From: Candidatus Woesearchaeota archaeon
Lineage (GTDB): Archaea > Nanobdellota > Nanobdellia > Woesearchaeales > ARS49
DNA: 64,000 nt
Assembly (NCBI GenBank): GCA_018302815.1
Contig: JAGVZE010000009.1
Span: forward strand, 56,149-120,148
Direction: 5' to 3'
This document shows positions 9,801-18,007 of the stretch, in pieces; the first letter of the stretch is position 1, and every line of letters begins with the position of its first letter. The translations under genes and the position numbers were made by a program. Under the pieces are notes generated by a model. The model was not told the DNA's origin, ran no database searches, and saw only the letters and a program-made list of their open reading frames with translations.

Positions 9801-10156
9801 GAACAGGCTTCCAGTTCAGAGAACGACCTTTCGAACCGCCAACACTTCCACTTTTTCCGCCTTTCTTTTTAGGAGGCGGTGGCGGTAGCGAAGAGAGAAG
9901 ACAACAACAACGCTATCCTAGAGCACCAACTCGTCGCGCTCCTAGTTTGTTGGGCTTGTTTTTAGGCAAAAAAGGAATACCGAAAGGAAAACTCACTGGG
10001 CTGGAAATTCGAGGTTTACCAAGAAGCGTTCGGCGCAAACAGTTCGAAATTGAAGGGCGAGACAGGCTTGACTTTGGAATATTAGAACGCAATTTGAAAA
10101 AAGCTTTGGGTATCTCAAAAGTTAAAAAAGGAAAGAGAGGTAAGAAAAAACGATGA
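6881..10156 (+). CDS. large low-complexity protein of the integrated element (candidate structural or DNA-binding protein)
   Basis: 1091 aa. The N-terminus is coiled-coil-like. The protein is rich in Q/T/E/K/R/P. The C-terminus has a TPxTTP stretch, a GGGGGSEERRQQQR segment and a strongly basic tail (KVKKGKRGKKKR). No TM segment and no enzymatic motif. Confidence 0.5.
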   Translation: MVVPSLQNYSIERLNKEIAQNQQLISELRGRAGQAKRIEGASKGIQLLQLELTSRQIQQQADEGIISQAQASGLIQARASSTQASTKQAPLSPYERAFGPASLTRQAILAKPTALQQLGGAPSQIQFQTIPREVTYKVGERFGEPVLVTRREQATQALLPFGKLQFGIPASLAFSQKAQLEGIPTITDTRGITLTEQGELRARPTTRFESQTEKQLREQVPMANRAVFEADITKEPRIPARVLTETEQRALFAPAFQTKASILSPLLQRRVEELSQPETQRPSPFIEPTPEVGLSFDFQRQILASLPRLVEQTAQEQGITPLTKFTRKTDFFNAKEFGGEIRSISEEVNKAVDFEKLLAKAGIKTSIPSKAISFEEFKLVPLVKKITRPEETRQKLLKDIEQTEKLSPALAKIERAFADIEFGAREYASRPSNIALTALTGGAFGLAEKGALAGLTIFKGATQAEKAISNINKILLGATAGLEGLRIATSKKPFEEVGALPFKLIAFGAGAQATKTLLTRQPSRVQVGETLILEKQTIPTSEGLVQVRGTAITPAKITRVSPIEKMLTDLRFKLEVGKTEEFKIVRQFKGEIKIAREEKVDLYGGGKIVSENLRIAKVSAEIFSQNLKGELAKFAEQLAVITSSGPSGAKALGQLRIRRVRKGKLTQSIFEQIADIQPSEIGGVRVVTGTARLPAIKGKVRREQPFFEIGAVEKFKPPSRQKITDIFETNIRELADNLDASLRTLTLKETPPRKPSKKTVEELLSILPQERVFFRARKREITARQLEKRFKGAVVKLPSKGAFKDALTRAWGKKGQFILGQPSRISTGISPRPAIEPESLKVSIDRALSPFRTFQVPKQALSLAFERDVSFTTLAPTQIERIAPSRLAELPRLQTRTLQDVGTQTGNAIATIVQGLEKTLTGTKPIEGIKIKTITGPTARPIEITTPVTGAGTGTTPATTPKEGTTPRPRGETGTGFQFRERPFEPPTLPLFPPFFLGGGGGSEERRQQQRYPRAPTRRAPSLLGLFLGKKGIPKGKLTGLEIRGLPRSVRRKQFEIEGRDRLDFGILERNLKKALGISKVKKGKRGKKKR

Positions 10157-10674
10157 GTGTTAGCTGGCTGAGCAGAATGCTTGCAGTGGCTGCGAAAGAT
10201 GAACTTGTCCTAGCGCAAGCTAAGAAAAACAAGCTCACAATTTATGGTGCTAGAGCGATTCAAAAGCGTTTGGGTTTTTTGAGCCGTCCAACTTATGACT
10301 ATGATGTTTCAGCACGACATCCACAGCGTGAAGCTCGCTTGTTGGAAAAACAGCTTGACAGGATTGCTCAGGGTGACTTGTTTTTTTCGCGTCCGAGCGA
10401 GTTTCATAAAGGAACGCACAAAGTTATTTATGCAGGCTGGGACAACAAGCGAGAAACGAAAGATGACGTTGGCATCGCAGATTTTTCTCGCACTGGAAAA
10501 ATTTGCAGTCAAGCGATAGACGGAGTGAGGTACGCTTGTTTGTCAGCAGTCGAAAAGGACAAGCGCAAAGCGTTATCAAGCAAAGAGTTCGCTTTCAGGC
10601 ATAAGAAGGACGCTGAAGACCTAGAACGCATCAAAATTTACAAGCGAACGTTTGGGTACAGGAGGCGACGATGA
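10153..10674 (+). CDS. hypothetical protein (element)
   Basis: 173 aa. ATGA-type overlap with the upstream gene. Basic C-terminus. Confidence 0.4.
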   Translation: MSVSWLSRMLAVAAKDELVLAQAKKNKLTIYGARAIQKRLGFLSRPTYDYDVSARHPQREARLLEKQLDRIAQGDLFFSRPSEFHKGTHKVIYAGWDNKRETKDDVGIADFSRTGKICSQAIDGVRYACLSAVEKDKRKALSSKEFAFRHKKDAEDLERIKIYKRTFGYRRRR

Positions 10675-10970
10675 AAGACGTATCAATGGATGATTTGAAA
10701 AAAACAAGAGAACTTCTATCAGGCGGAAAAGACAGCGATGATGTGTTAGTCATCCAACTCGCCGTCACAAAACAGGGCGTTGCGGTTCACAGTCTAAGCA
10801 AAATATCGAGTGAACAATACGCCAGCGCGCAAAACGTCGCACAACCAGTAGGTGATGAGGACTGGTCTAGCTTTGAAGAAGACACCGATGAGCCAATGCC
10901 AGCCGTTCAAAACGTCAAACCACTAAGCAAAGCAAAACTCAAACTACAAACAACAAGCTATATTGGGTGA
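10671..10970 (+). CDS. hypothetical acidic protein (element)
   Basis: 99 aa. Overlaps the upstream stop. Acidic composition. Confidence 0.35.
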   Translation: MKDVSMDDLKKTRELLSGGKDSDDVLVIQLAVTKQGVAVHSLSKISSEQYASAQNVAQPVGDEDWSSFEEDTDEPMPAVQNVKPLSKAKLKLQTTSYIG

Positions 10971-10975
10971 AAAAT

Positions 10976-11251
10976 TTACTTTGACAAGTGCGCAGGCAGG
11001 TATTCTTCCATCAAACTAACTTTTTCAGCTATTTTTCTCGTTTTTCGCCAAAGAAGAAAACGTCTTATCCACAAAGGGTCCGTCCACCACTTCATTTGAC
11101 AATATTGATTGTTGAACGCGCTGATTTGTTCTTTGAAACGGGAATATTTATGGTGAATTGATACTTCAAACAAGCCAACAGCCAAGTTCCGCTTGTACTC
11201 GCGCCTCAAAGACGCAACATCGTGTTTGAGGCGTACTCGTGCCATATTCAT
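10976..11251 (-). CDS. hypothetical protein (element)
   Basis: 91-aa ORF, convergent with the plus-strand block. Confidence 0.3.
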   Translation of the reverse strand: MNMARVRLKHDVASLRREYKRNLAVGLFEVSIHHKYSRFKEQISAFNNQYCQMKWWTDPLWIRRFLLWRKTRKIAEKVSLMEEYLPAHLSK

Positions 11252-11401
11252 AAGAAGAACACCAAAATAAGGCAGTTAAAAACCTTTCGAGAAAAACAGC
11301 CCTTACAGTCCTTAATAGTGCTCTAATAGCACTAATAAGAAAACGTTTTTTCTTAACGACCGAAAGACCTAAAAAGAAAGACCCATCGCCAGAGTTTTAA
11401 C

Positions 11402-11563
11402 ATGGCGAAAAAACAAAACGAGTGCGAAAAACGAAACGGACACCGCTTTGACGGATCCAATGCGGACAGTGAGAGCTATGAAAACATGACACTAGAAGTG
11501 ACGTGTTTGGATTGCGAAATGCGATGGGTAGCGGAAAGCAACTGGGAACCTGTCAACGAATAA
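11402..11563 (+). CDS. small Cys/His zinc-ribbon-like protein (53 aa)
   Basis: Read by hand from the sequence: MAKKQNECEKRNGHRFDGSNADSESYENMTLEVTCLDCEMRWVAESNWEPVNE. It has C..H...C..C spacing. It is below the 60-aa cutoff of the ORF track. Confidence 0.25.
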   Translation: MAKKQNECEKRNGHRFDGSNADSESYENMTLEVTCLDCEMRWVAESNWEPVNE

Positions 11564-11589
11564 AACCTTGAATACAAATTCAAAGGCAG

Positions 11590-11612
11590 TTTTTTTTCTT
11601 TATTTTCATTTA
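11590..11612 (+). terminator. T-rich tract (candidate archaeal terminator)
   Basis: 'gttttttttctttattttcattt' lies downstream of the small plus-strand ORF. Confidence 0.25.
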
Positions 11613-11637
11613 CACCAAAACAAACGTCCCTTTAACA

Positions 11638-12174
11638 TCAGGGTGTGCTGGTTGAGGAGTCCAAAACCACACCCCCCTTTTCCTTCTTGGGACGACCACC
11701 TCGCCATTGACCAATGTTGCGTCTTCGCTGAATGCCTGCTTTAGTACGCTCGCTTATCTTGCGCCGTTCCTCGCTCGCCGACCACGCCATGATAGAAAGA
11801 ATCACGTCACCTATCGGGTTATCATTCCCAGTATCAAGCCAGCTTTCCGTAAGACTCTTAACGCCCACGCCGCGCTCTCTGAGCTTCTGCACGCGCCCAA
11901 CAGCGACAAACATAGGCTCACGGCTGAACCTGTCGAACTTCCATACCAGAATGGCTTGGAAGCGTAACAACATCGCGTCTTGAAGCATCTGTCTGAACTG
12001 TGGACGGTTTGGGTCCGCACCACTTCCCCTATCAACGTACTCGTTCACTATTTGCCATTGCTTGTTAATTACCCATTGCCTTAACGGTTCAAGTTGGTTC
12101 TCTGGCTCTTGATACCTGCGGTCTTCTTTGTTTGTCTCATCCAAACTCACGCGAGCATACAAACAAACCTTCAT
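11638..12174 (-). CDS. serine recombinase (resolvase/invertase catalytic domain)
   Basis: 'CLYARVSLDE' carries the YARVS nucleophile motif near the N-terminus. The resolvase-fold length is about 140 aa, followed by a short basic 'GRPKKEKGG' tail. The HTH domain is reduced or absent. Confidence 0.65.
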   Translation of the reverse strand: MKVCLYARVSLDETNKEDRRYQEPENQLEPLRQWVINKQWQIVNEYVDRGSGADPNRPQFRQMLQDAMLLRFQAILVWKFDRFSREPMFVAVGRVQKLRERGVGVKSLTESWLDTGNDNPIGDVILSIMAWSASEERRKISERTKAGIQRRRNIGQWRGGRPKKEKGGVVLDSSTSTP

Positions 12175-12189
12175 TTCGGGTTACACCTG

Positions 12190-12262
12190 TTCTTAACGTA
12201 TCTTTGGCAGGCGTAACGCCACGCTAATAACGCTAATAAGCCTGAAAACATCGCTAATAAGA
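12190..12262. repeat. iteron-like direct repeats CGCTAATAA x3 plus the inverted repeat GGCGT-A-ACGCC
   Basis: 'ggcaggcgtaacgccacgctaataacgctaataagcc...atcgctaataag' lies in the intergenic region between the serine recombinase and the ATPase gene. Confidence 0.5.
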
Positions 12263-12277
12263 AAAACAGCGCGACAA

Positions 12278-13207
12278 TCAAGCAGTATCACCGCCCGTCA
12301 TCCCTGACTTTTCCCGTTCTGATTCTAGGTTACTAACAGTATGAACGCCAACCATTGAGTCTTTGAAACGTGATATTGTACCCTGTACCATGTCTTTTGA
12401 CACTTTTTCACCAGAAAACTTGCTCAAAGCCAATGCTAACTGAGGTTGAGTCCAGCCTTTCTCACTCAAAACCACCATCAAGCTTCCCAAACGATTCAAA
12501 AGCTTCTGAGCAAACTTGTCAGGCTTCTTATCAAGCATCGCCAGCGCGTCAAGCTTACGCCGTTCATACTCTGCGTCATCGAAAGGAAAGAACTTTGTGA
12601 ACGCATCTCGAAAGTCGGGCTGAATGCGCGACGAATAATCCTTTTTGCCCGCAAGGTACAAGCTTTGCTTTCGAGGATACGAGTAAAACTTGAAGAAACC
12701 ACGTTGCAAACGTGTCCCTGCTGGTTTGGTGTACACTTCAATCAAACAACGACTACGATACACCGCGAGATACTTGTCAACCTCGAAAAAGTTTGCGATG
12801 CAAAACAACAAGATGAGTTGTCGGCTCCTGCAAGTTGTCAAAAGCCAAACGAGCCTTTTGTTTTCCGTGCTCATCGAGCCACGACTTGATGCTGTTGCGT
12901 ACGCTTCATCAAATAGTATCACGGTGAACGGCGGAGCCTTCAAAACTAATCTTTGCAAGCTTTCAAAGTCATAACATAAACTTTCAAGCGTGAACGTTGG
13001 CGTTCTTTTGTATCCTTTGCTGATAGCGATGCTTTCACACAACGTGCCCACTTGACAAGCCAGAGTGCTTTTGCCTTCGCCCTCACGACCGCTGAACAAA
13101 AGCACGCCGTCAAACTTATCCGCGACAAGCTCAACAACTGCGTTAAGATTACTGAACAGGTATCCTGAACAGTATACCTCTTGCCCGTTGTGTAATTTTG
13201 TTTTCAT
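12278..13207 (-). CDS. P-loop NTPase (Walker A GREGEGKST, Walker B ILFDEAY)
   Basis: 309 aa. Walker A and Walker B motifs in an AAA/Zot-like arrangement. Located in the mobile element, so possibly a packaging, replication or partition ATPase. Confidence 0.55.
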   Translation of the reverse strand: MKTKLHNGQEVYCSGYLFSNLNAVVELVADKFDGVLLFSGREGEGKSTLACQVGTLCESIAISKGYKRTPTFTLESLCYDFESLQRLVLKAPPFTVILFDEAYATASSRGSMSTENKRLVWLLTTCRSRQLILLFCIANFFEVDKYLAVYRSRCLIEVYTKPAGTRLQRGFFKFYSYPRKQSLYLAGKKDYSSRIQPDFRDAFTKFFPFDDAEYERRKLDALAMLDKKPDKFAQKLLNRLGSLMVVLSEKGWTQPQLALALSKFSGEKVSKDMVQGTISRFKDSMVGVHTVSNLESEREKSGMTGGDTA

Positions 13208-13605
13208 TTCAGCATCGCAACGCTCGGGTTCTCCAGCTCACTCATCAACAAGCCATGTTTTTGCATCAAGTCCCGCAAGAGTTTTTCAAAACTATCAATG
13301 GCTTTGTACGCTTCAAAACCTTTCAGTCCAGTTTCGTGATTGCGCTGGTCGGGGTTACGTAAGCGTAAGACACCATTATAAGCGTTGGTCTTGCGTTGCG
13401 CTTCTGTCTCACTATCACTTGCGCGCTGGCGTTCTTCAACGTTCAAGAAGGGGTATAACTCGCGGTGAACGCTTGTGAGCGTTTGATGCCATTCGGGGAA
13501 CTTTCTCGCAGTCGAACACTGGTTTGACAGCTGTAGGAGCTTGTCAATTCTTTGAAGCGTTGCCTGCGCGCTATTCCAAGAGCTTATACCAAAATCAGCA
13601 CTCAC
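13204..13605 (-). CDS. hypothetical protein (element)
   Basis: 133 aa. Overlaps the neighbouring gene by 4 nt. Confidence 0.35.
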   Translation of the reverse strand: MSADFGISSWNSAQATLQRIDKLLQLSNQCSTARKFPEWHQTLTSVHRELYPFLNVEERQRASDSETEAQRKTNAYNGVLRLRNPDQRNHETGLKGFEAYKAIDSFEKLLRDLMQKHGLLMSELENPSVAMLK

Positions 13606-13991
13606 GAGAAGCTCAAACCTCGGCGAGTTGTTTTTTTATCTTGCGAATTTTGCCCGCGTATTTTGAAGATATTTTTTTCATCTGTCGTCACCTCTTCTTT
13701 TCTTTTAGGAGTAAAATATCCATTCACGTCCTTACCGCATCGCTCGCCTCTGGGAAGAATTCTCAAACGAACACCACCACACTCGCACTGAAGCGCAAAA
13801 GTTTTCATACAAGAAAAACAACCAGCCCAACGGCTTTCGTAAACAATGATGCTCTTGTGGTAACTCTTCGGCGGAACCTTTCCGCAGTGCCTGTGCTTGT
13901 CAACGTAACGGCTTCGCAGAACTGGCTTGTTGCAAAAACGGCACTGCCTAAGAGAAGTTTGATGCACGAGTTCATACTTTGCGCGAGTCAT
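13602..13991 (-). CDS. Cys-rich zinc-finger protein (element)
   Basis: 129 aa with several CxxC / C..H..C clusters. Confidence 0.4.
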   Translation of the reverse strand: MTRAKYELVHQTSLRQCRFCNKPVLRSRYVDKHRHCGKVPPKSYHKSIIVYESRWAGCFSCMKTFALQCECGGVRLRILPRGERCGKDVNGYFTPKRKEEVTTDEKNIFKIRGQNSQDKKTTRRGLSFS

Positions 13992-14636
13992 TCAAACACG
14001 ACCGCGATGTTTTGCGAAAGACGCTTCAAGCTCTTCGGGTGAAAGTTCAGTTGCAGAGTCGAACATCACCATGAAGTCCTGCGGGGTCATCGCCATAAGT
14101 CGGTTCCATGTCATGTTGTCTGCGAGTGGTGGTCCAATGATGAACTTGTTTTTCGGCTGGAATTCGGGCTTGCGAAACCATATCTCGCACATCTGACAAA
14201 CGTTGTGGCGTTTGCAGAATAACCACTGCGTCCCCATGAGACCACAGAAATAACAAAGCTCTTTCGGCTTAACTTCATCGCGTTCAAAAAGACTCATTCT
14301 CTTTCTCCATGTGGCGATGTCTTCAGGTGAGAGTTTGAATTTATAGTTTTGCTTATGACAGTGCGAGCCTCGCAAGCTGGTCTCTTCCGAAGTCATGCCA
14401 ATATCTGCGCCGTGAACGTGCTGCCTTTTGCAGAACGGGCAGTCCACTTGAACGCGGAAGAACCGCGAGCCGTCAAACGCCGTTTCAAGCCCAATGATGC
14501 GCGCTATCACTACAAAAACGCTTAATTGTTCGGCTCTTATAAACCGCCCGCAACACGCGCAATTCTCTGGCGGTTCGCCCTTCATACAGTACGGGTTTGC
14601 GCAATCTCGCTCGCATGGACAACCACTCATTTTCAA
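13992..14636 (-). CDS. Cys-rich protein (element)
   Basis: 214 aa with more than 20 Cys in CxC/CxxC arrangements. Confidence 0.4.
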   Translation of the reverse strand: MKMSGCPCERDCANPYCMKGEPPENCACCGRFIRAEQLSVFVVIARIIGLETAFDGSRFFRVQVDCPFCKRQHVHGADIGMTSEETSLRGSHCHKQNYKFKLSPEDIATWRKRMSLFERDEVKPKELCYFCGLMGTQWLFCKRHNVCQMCEIWFRKPEFQPKNKFIIGPPLADNMTWNRLMAMTPQDFMVMFDSATELSPEELEASFAKHRGRV

Positions 14637-14778
14637 AACACCTCTCTTTTTTGTTTACGAATGAAACGTCGCGCTCTGGTAAGCTCTCTGTGCAACGAAG
14701 ACAGCGCGGTAGCGTTCTCGGCTTCAAGTTGTACGAACAAGCGGTTTAAACCACTACTGCGCTGTTTAAAACCCGTAT

Positions 14779-15765
14779 TCATAATTTATCCCTCATTGCG
14801 ATGAACTGAAGTACGCGGTACGGTACTTTGTCTTTTTTCCCGCAAAGACCGCGATGCCACGCCTGCTTGACGGCGTGATAAAGTGCTTCATCGTTACCTT
14901 CGTAACGGCTTCGCCCGCCATTATGCGGCGTGCCTGCGTCTTCGCAACCCAAAAAACCACTCTCAACACAAAGATATTGTTGCGCGTTCAATGACACAAT
15001 GTGTCGCCAACAATGCCCCAAGCCCCCACTAACGCTCCAGTTTTTCCCCGTGTTTTCGCTTCCATGTAAGGGGTGCGGGACTCTGCCACCCTTCAAACCC
15101 GCAGAGCACACGTCCCTGATTGTTAATTCATAAAATGCACTTTTACGACCCCCCTTCTGATAAGTTCGCGGAACAGGCGCAGTTCTCTCAAGCTCGATGT
15201 TTTCCTGATGTCTTTCGCGGAATACGGGCGGGAGTTCATCGAAGGTGATGTTTGTAGGCATCGTTGCGACCTCAACAGTGTAACGTCCCGCGCTCGCTTT
15301 CAGCTCTTCAGGTAATGTGTTGATGTGTTCTTGGCTTCGCGGAACGTAACTGCCAGCGCAGACGACGTACTGCCAAATCGACCTGACTTCCCCTGACCCG
15401 CCTGTTGGAATGTTCGGTATCTTCTTACCTTCTGGCTGAAAATAGAATGCGTGAAAACCAACGCGCTTACTCGAACGGCTCGTCAAGGTCGGCTTCAATT
15501 TTTCCAACGGTGTTTTCTGGATGTCATCAACGTCAACGATGACCAGCCCGTCAAGGTCAGTCCCCGCTATTCCGATGTTGTATCCCACCTTCAAAAGTTG
15601 AACTGCCTGCTGAACTGTCAGCCTCGCTTTTTTCCACGAACCACTCACGCATGGGTCTTTGCCATTCTTCAACAAGCGGAACAAAAACGGTTCGTATGTC
15701 GCAGGCATTCCCTGTTTCAGGAGCGTGATGAACTTCAAAAACTCATCAGGACACGTCGCATTCAT
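14779..15765 (-). CDS. bifunctional primase-polymerase (PrimPol-domain) protein
   Basis: 'DLDGLVIVDVDD' resembles the PrimPol catalytic D.D motif region. Translationally coupled to the upstream D5-like helicase by a 4-nt overlap. Confidence 0.55.
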   Translation of the reverse strand: MNATCPDEFLKFITLLKQGMPATYEPFLFRLLKNGKDPCVSGSWKKARLTVQQAVQLLKVGYNIGIAGTDLDGLVIVDVDDIQKTPLEKLKPTLTSRSSKRVGFHAFYFQPEGKKIPNIPTGGSGEVRSIWQYVVCAGSYVPRSQEHINTLPEELKASAGRYTVEVATMPTNITFDELPPVFRERHQENIELERTAPVPRTYQKGGRKSAFYELTIRDVCSAGLKGGRVPHPLHGSENTGKNWSVSGGLGHCWRHIVSLNAQQYLCVESGFLGCEDAGTPHNGGRSRYEGNDEALYHAVKQAWHRGLCGKKDKVPYRVLQFIAMRDKL

Positions 15766-17792
15766 TCGAGCACCTTCAACTTATGGGGATTAACCTGAAC
15801 AACCGTGTTTTTGATTAACGCGAGGGATACTGCGCCCTCACCAACCTCTTTCACCACGACATCATACTCTGCGCCCTCACCCAAGTCCAAACGGCGAACG
15901 ACACCCCCCACAAGTTCAGATAACGCGCAGTCTTCACAATACGGTTTTCCCGACCTTTGGTACGAGCAAGGCGACCCAGCACAGCCAATACAAGGGTGGT
16001 GTGTGATGTCAGTCTTTTCAAAACCTGCATTGAACAGAAGTGAGGGAACGCCCTGCTCGACCTGCCCGCCCTGCCCAGTTGGGTTGGGTGGTCTGGGCGG
16101 GCAGTGTGATTTTCTATTATCGTCTACTTTTTCATTATTTACTATATTTTTATCATTATTTACTATATTTTTATCATTTCCCTGTGTGTCAAGAGAGTGA
16201 TTTTCTGCCACCCCACCGTGCCCGCCCTGCCCATTTGTTCGTGGTCGTTCTTTTTCCCCCTGTTCTGACTGTTCGAAAAGCTTAGCTTGGTTATCTTCCG
16301 TGTTATCTTCATTTTCTTCTTTTTTCGCGGTTTTCAATTTAATTCCGCGAACATAATGAACACGTTTTTCACTTTTTTCAATCCGTTTTTTTATCGACCG
16401 CGTGTACGATGCCTTTGCGTACAATTTTTTGAAAAAATCGTTTTCATCGAAACATTCAATTTCGCGGTCGTCGCAATAATCGCGGTACGCGAAGTAAACA
16501 TCATCCTTCAATTCTTTTTCATCATCCGCTTTAATCGTGCAGTCCATAACGAAACACAAAACGGGGTCGGTTTTTCGAAGGTATATTTCGCGGGTTTGCG
16601 CGACCTCCGCGCCGAACCCTTTGGCGTTCAATAATTCGTTTAATCCGTCCAAAGCGAAGTTCAACATTCCCGACAATTCGTTCGGCGTTGTGATTTTTTC
16701 ACTTTTTTTGGTATCCGCATTTTTTTCTTCAAATTTTTGTTTGAATAAAATCAAAATTGGTCTGCGCCACATCGCCGTGTCATCCTCGGGTAATTGCGGT
16801 AATTCGTTCGCCGAAAACGCGAGTTTCGCGTACACATTCAAATTAACATGCGCGCCGAATTTGTATTCCCCTGTGATTGTGTCCCCGCCCGTAATCGTTT
16901 TTATCGTTGACACGGATTGTTTATCTAAATTTTTCCCCGAAATGTCGGGCACGATGTTCGCCAGTTTACCGTGAAGGTTCACGACCGAAAATCGGTCGCG
17001 CATATTGTGCGGGCTTATCGTGCTGATGTTTTTTTGCCCGATGAATTTCGTCATTGCGCGAAGCAGTGTTGATTTTCCGTTCGCGCCCTCGCCTTCAAGC
17101 ATTAAAAAATTGGCGAATCGGTAATCGCGCAGTAAGGTATATCCAAACCATTTTTTTAATACTGCCCTGTCGTTTTGTTGTGTTGTGGGTAGGATTTCTT
17201 CGAGGAATTTTTCGAACTCTGGACATTTGGCGTTGGAGTCGTATTTCACGTCAATTTTTTGTAAAAACGGCGTTTCGGGGGTGTGCGGTGTTATTTTTTT
17301 GGTGAACACGTTTAATATTCCGTTTTGCACGCAGAAAAGTTCGGGTGGTGCTTCGGGAAATTCGGTTTTGCACGTCATGGAATATATTTTTGATGTGACT
17401 TCGTTTTTCATATTTCGCGTGGCGAACGCGCCGAGAATTTGTTGTACCAATAAATTTATTTTTTGTTTTCCGTTGGGCGTGTAATATCCGTTTTCGTAAA
17501 CGTAAATTGTCGGGCGGTCGGGGTCGCCGATGCTGATGAAATGTTGCGTTGTTAATATCGCGTCTGCGGTTTCCTGCGCGATTTCTGCCGTGCTTTTTTC
17601 GCGGTCGCTCGCATCATCGATGCCTTCGGCGCGTAATATTTTCACTGCATCTTTTTTCTGTTTTTTATTTAATTCTTTTTTCTGTGTGGGCTTCTCGTTT
17701 TTCGCTTTTTTCGTTTTTTGTGTTGAAGGTTTTGTTGGCTTGACTGCTGTTTTTCGTGGTGATGTCTTTTTGAGCTTAGTTTTCTTAACCAC
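15762..17792 (-). CDS. D5/P4-family primase C-terminal domain plus SF3 helicase
   Basis: 676 aa. 'FLMLEGEGANGKSTL' is the Walker A in the context of a P4-type primase-helicase. The N-terminus is Lys-rich. The C-terminus has a Cys cluster (CIGCAGSPC...CEDC) and a tandem DKNIVNN repeat. Confidence 0.75.
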   Translation of the reverse strand: MVKKTKLKKTSPRKTAVKPTKPSTQKTKKAKNEKPTQKKELNKKQKKDAVKILRAEGIDDASDREKSTAEIAQETADAILTTQHFISIGDPDRPTIYVYENGYYTPNGKQKINLLVQQILGAFATRNMKNEVTSKIYSMTCKTEFPEAPPELFCVQNGILNVFTKKITPHTPETPFLQKIDVKYDSNAKCPEFEKFLEEILPTTQQNDRAVLKKWFGYTLLRDYRFANFLMLEGEGANGKSTLLRAMTKFIGQKNISTISPHNMRDRFSVVNLHGKLANIVPDISGKNLDKQSVSTIKTITGGDTITGEYKFGAHVNLNVYAKLAFSANELPQLPEDDTAMWRRPILILFKQKFEEKNADTKKSEKITTPNELSGMLNFALDGLNELLNAKGFGAEVAQTREIYLRKTDPVLCFVMDCTIKADDEKELKDDVYFAYRDYCDDREIECFDENDFFKKLYAKASYTRSIKKRIEKSEKRVHYVRGIKLKTAKKEENEDNTEDNQAKLFEQSEQGEKERPRTNGQGGHGGVAENHSLDTQGNDKNIVNNDKNIVNNEKVDDNRKSHCPPRPPNPTGQGGQVEQGVPSLLFNAGFEKTDITHHPCIGCAGSPCSYQRSGKPYCEDCALSELVGGVVRRLDLGEGAEYDVVVKEVGEGAVSLALIKNTVVQVNPHKLKVLE
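16131..16175. repeat. tandem direct repeat and flanking G-rich inverted repeats inside the helicase gene
   Basis: 'ttactatatttttatcattatttactatatttttatcatt' is a 21-22 nt unit repeated twice. Next to it, 'ctgcccgccctgcccag...ctgggcgggcag' forms an inverted repeat (16056-16100), and 'gcccgccctgccca' recurs at 16223. Confidence 0.6.
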
Positions 17793-18007
17793 TACCGCAC
17801 CTGTCCCCGTTGCGGGAGTGTGTTGTTTTGAAGCGTTGTGAGGGCTTCGAGCTTTCTTTGTCGATAGGCTGTCTGCTCACAAGCCCGACTGCAATAAAGC
17901 GCGTCTATGCGTTTATTTCGAGAAAGCTGTTCCTTGCAAAAATCACATCGCCTGAACTGTGAGGTTTTCGCAGGTTTTAAAATTTTAGTTTGGTTTGTTG
18001 TCATCAA
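17792..18007 (-). CDS. small zinc-ribbon protein (element)
   Basis: 71 aa with CDFC...CSRAC. Start/stop overlap with the helicase gene. Confidence 0.35.
   Translation of the reverse strand: MMTTNQTKILKPAKTSQFRRCDFCKEQLSRNKRIDALYCSRACEQTAYRQRKLEALTTLQNNTLPQRGQVR

Noticed and set aside
16131-16175. Short tandem repeats examined as a possible CRISPR array
   Set aside because: There are only two units with no spacer structure. They lie inside a coding frame and encode DKNIVNN x2. No CRISPR array or cas genes are anywhere in the window.
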